A model generated the notes under the pieces. The model searched no databases. It was given only the letters and a program-made list of their open reading frames with translations, and was not told the origin of the DNA. From positions 9,955,610 through 9,990,885 of the forward strand of contig NC_068982.1 in the NCBI RefSeq assembly GCF_001194135.2: a DNA stretch of 35,276 bases, read 5' to 3'. A program made the translations under genes and the position numbers. This document shows, one piece after another, positions 33,892 through 35,276 of the stretch. The number at the start of each line of letters is the position of its first letter. Position 1 is the stretch's first letter. Source of the stretch: Octopus bimaculoides (Eukaryota).

Positions 33892-34266
33892 GTGGATAGG
33901 CACAGATGTAGTAAGAAGCTTGCTTCCCAACCACATGTTTCTGGGTTTAGTCCTGCTGCATAGCACCTTGTGCAAGTGTCTTTTACTATAGCCTTGGGCC
34001 GACTAAAGTCTTGTGAGTAGATTTGGTAAACGGAAACTGAAAAGAATCCCGTTATATATATGTGTGTGTGTATACATTTGTGTGTCTGTGTTTGTCCCCT
34101 CCGACCATTGCTTGACAATCAATATTGGTGTGTTTACATCCCCGTAAGTTAGCTGTCTGGTAAAAGAAACCAACAGAATGAGTGCTAGGCTTACAGAGAT
34201 CAATTTGTTCAACTAAAGATGGTGCTCCAGCATGGCCGCAGTCAAATGACCGAAGCAAGTAAAAAA
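33892..34266 (+). mobile_element. Family A SINE
   Basis: Collinear with 10967-11402; ends gtcaaatgaccgaagcaagtaaaaaaa. Confidence 0.88.
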
Positions 34267-34279
34267 ATTAAACAAAAAA

Positions 34280-34510
34280 TAAATAAAGCAAGTGAATCAT
34301 TCTGGTTTAAGACGGTGGAGTGTGAGAAGGAGGCCCTTCCTAACTCCAACCACTCTACAGAGTGTTCTGGGGGCTTTTTACATGGCTCCGCCACCAGTGC
34401 TTTTTAACTGGCACCATCACCAGAGCTTTTTAAGTGGCACCATCACCTGTGTTTTGCATGTGACATCATCAGCAGGGCTTTTTATATGGCACCATCATCA
34501 GAAATACCAT
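34280..34510 (-). repeat. Family C fragment with an internal minisatellite of about 26-bp units
   Basis: cccttcctaactccaaccactctacag followed by 4-5 units of gctttt(t)a(a/c/t)ntggcaccatca. Confidence 0.7.
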
Positions 34511-35026
34511 ACTTAAACAGAAAAAGATAAACACTGCAGATGATTTGTTCAACTAAACATTTCCAGGTGGTGCCCCAGCATGGTCAGAGTCCAAGTGAAT
34601 AAAAGAATAATTCTAATAGAAGTGTCTATTCTTTATTAAATTCTGATGAGAAGTTATTTAGGATACTGAATAACATTTGTAGAGTAACTCCAATACATAA
34701 AGAATGTTCCCATATATCTTAGCTGGTAAATAGATTAAAGCAACCTTGATGCTATGATGAAATAGATATTAGTAAACAAAATGTCATTTAAAATGAGAAA
34801 TTTCAGAACTTGAAGCAGTAGAAGACTAGAAAAATAAATTATCAGCAAACTGAGAAAATGAGTTCCAATCAAGACTCGCAGACAATGGGGATAATGTTTG
34901 ATGAATTTTCTGAGAGTTAACAAAATCAAGTGAAGTTATTATCTTGTCTCGGCGGACACTGCTAAATTTATCATAATCATTCTCTTTATTACTTCCACAT
35001 TCTACCTGATCTCCAGAGCTGATGTC

Positions 35027-35061
<35 letters not shown>

Positions 35062-35223
35062 GATAACTATTAATTTCCAGTACCGCTGCCGTAGTCTCCT
35101 TTAGAGAGACTTAGAAATATTAATAACTCTATTTCTGAAAACCAGTGGATAGATTCCACTGAAATTAGATAAATAACCTTCGAGCAGATAGTCAGCAGCG
35201 CCGCCTGGCTAAGGCTTGGCTAC

Positions 35224-35270
35224 TCTGCATTGACAAGGGGCAACACCCTGAAACTAGTCTAGTCTGCAGA
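35224..35270 (+). ncRNA. Type I hammerhead motif, fourth family (core carries two transitions)
   Basis: UCUGCA-UUGACAA-GGGG(caaca)CCCU-GAAAC-UAG-U-CUA-GUC-UGCAGA. Perfect 6-bp stem I, 4-bp stem II, near-palindromic stem III and GUC triplet; core is CUGACGA with C3>U and G8>A. Confidence 0.7.
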
Positions 35271-35276
35271 TGCCAA

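Overview
AT-rich, repeat-dense animal genomic DNA from a gapped short-read scaffold (5 N-gaps, most bordered by low-complexity tracts). The SINE families and microsatellite load match what I recall of Octopus (coleoid cephalopod); this is recall, not a search result. There is no complete gene, and nearly all track ORFs are microsatellite or AT-rich artefacts. The window contains: about 20 tRNA-derived SINE and related repeat copies; MITEs of piggyBac (TTAA), Tc1/mariner (TA) and hAT type; decayed fragments of mariner, Tx1/L1, HERO-like and R4/Dong-like retrotransposons; a Penelope-like element with an inverted pseudo-LTR; two long foldback palindromes; and one plausible plus-strand internal coding exon (31480-31656). 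The most notable signal is a set of sequence-unrelated minimal type I hammerhead ribozyme motifs with self-complementary stem III, the dimer-cleaving type known from Penelope-like elements. The best examples are at 4192-4237 (-), 10508-10547 (-), 18135-18233 (+) and 35224-35270 (+). One family carries a tRNA-like Pol III promoter just upstream of its hammerhead. Boundaries of decayed repeats are approximate, and all family assignments were made by eye.
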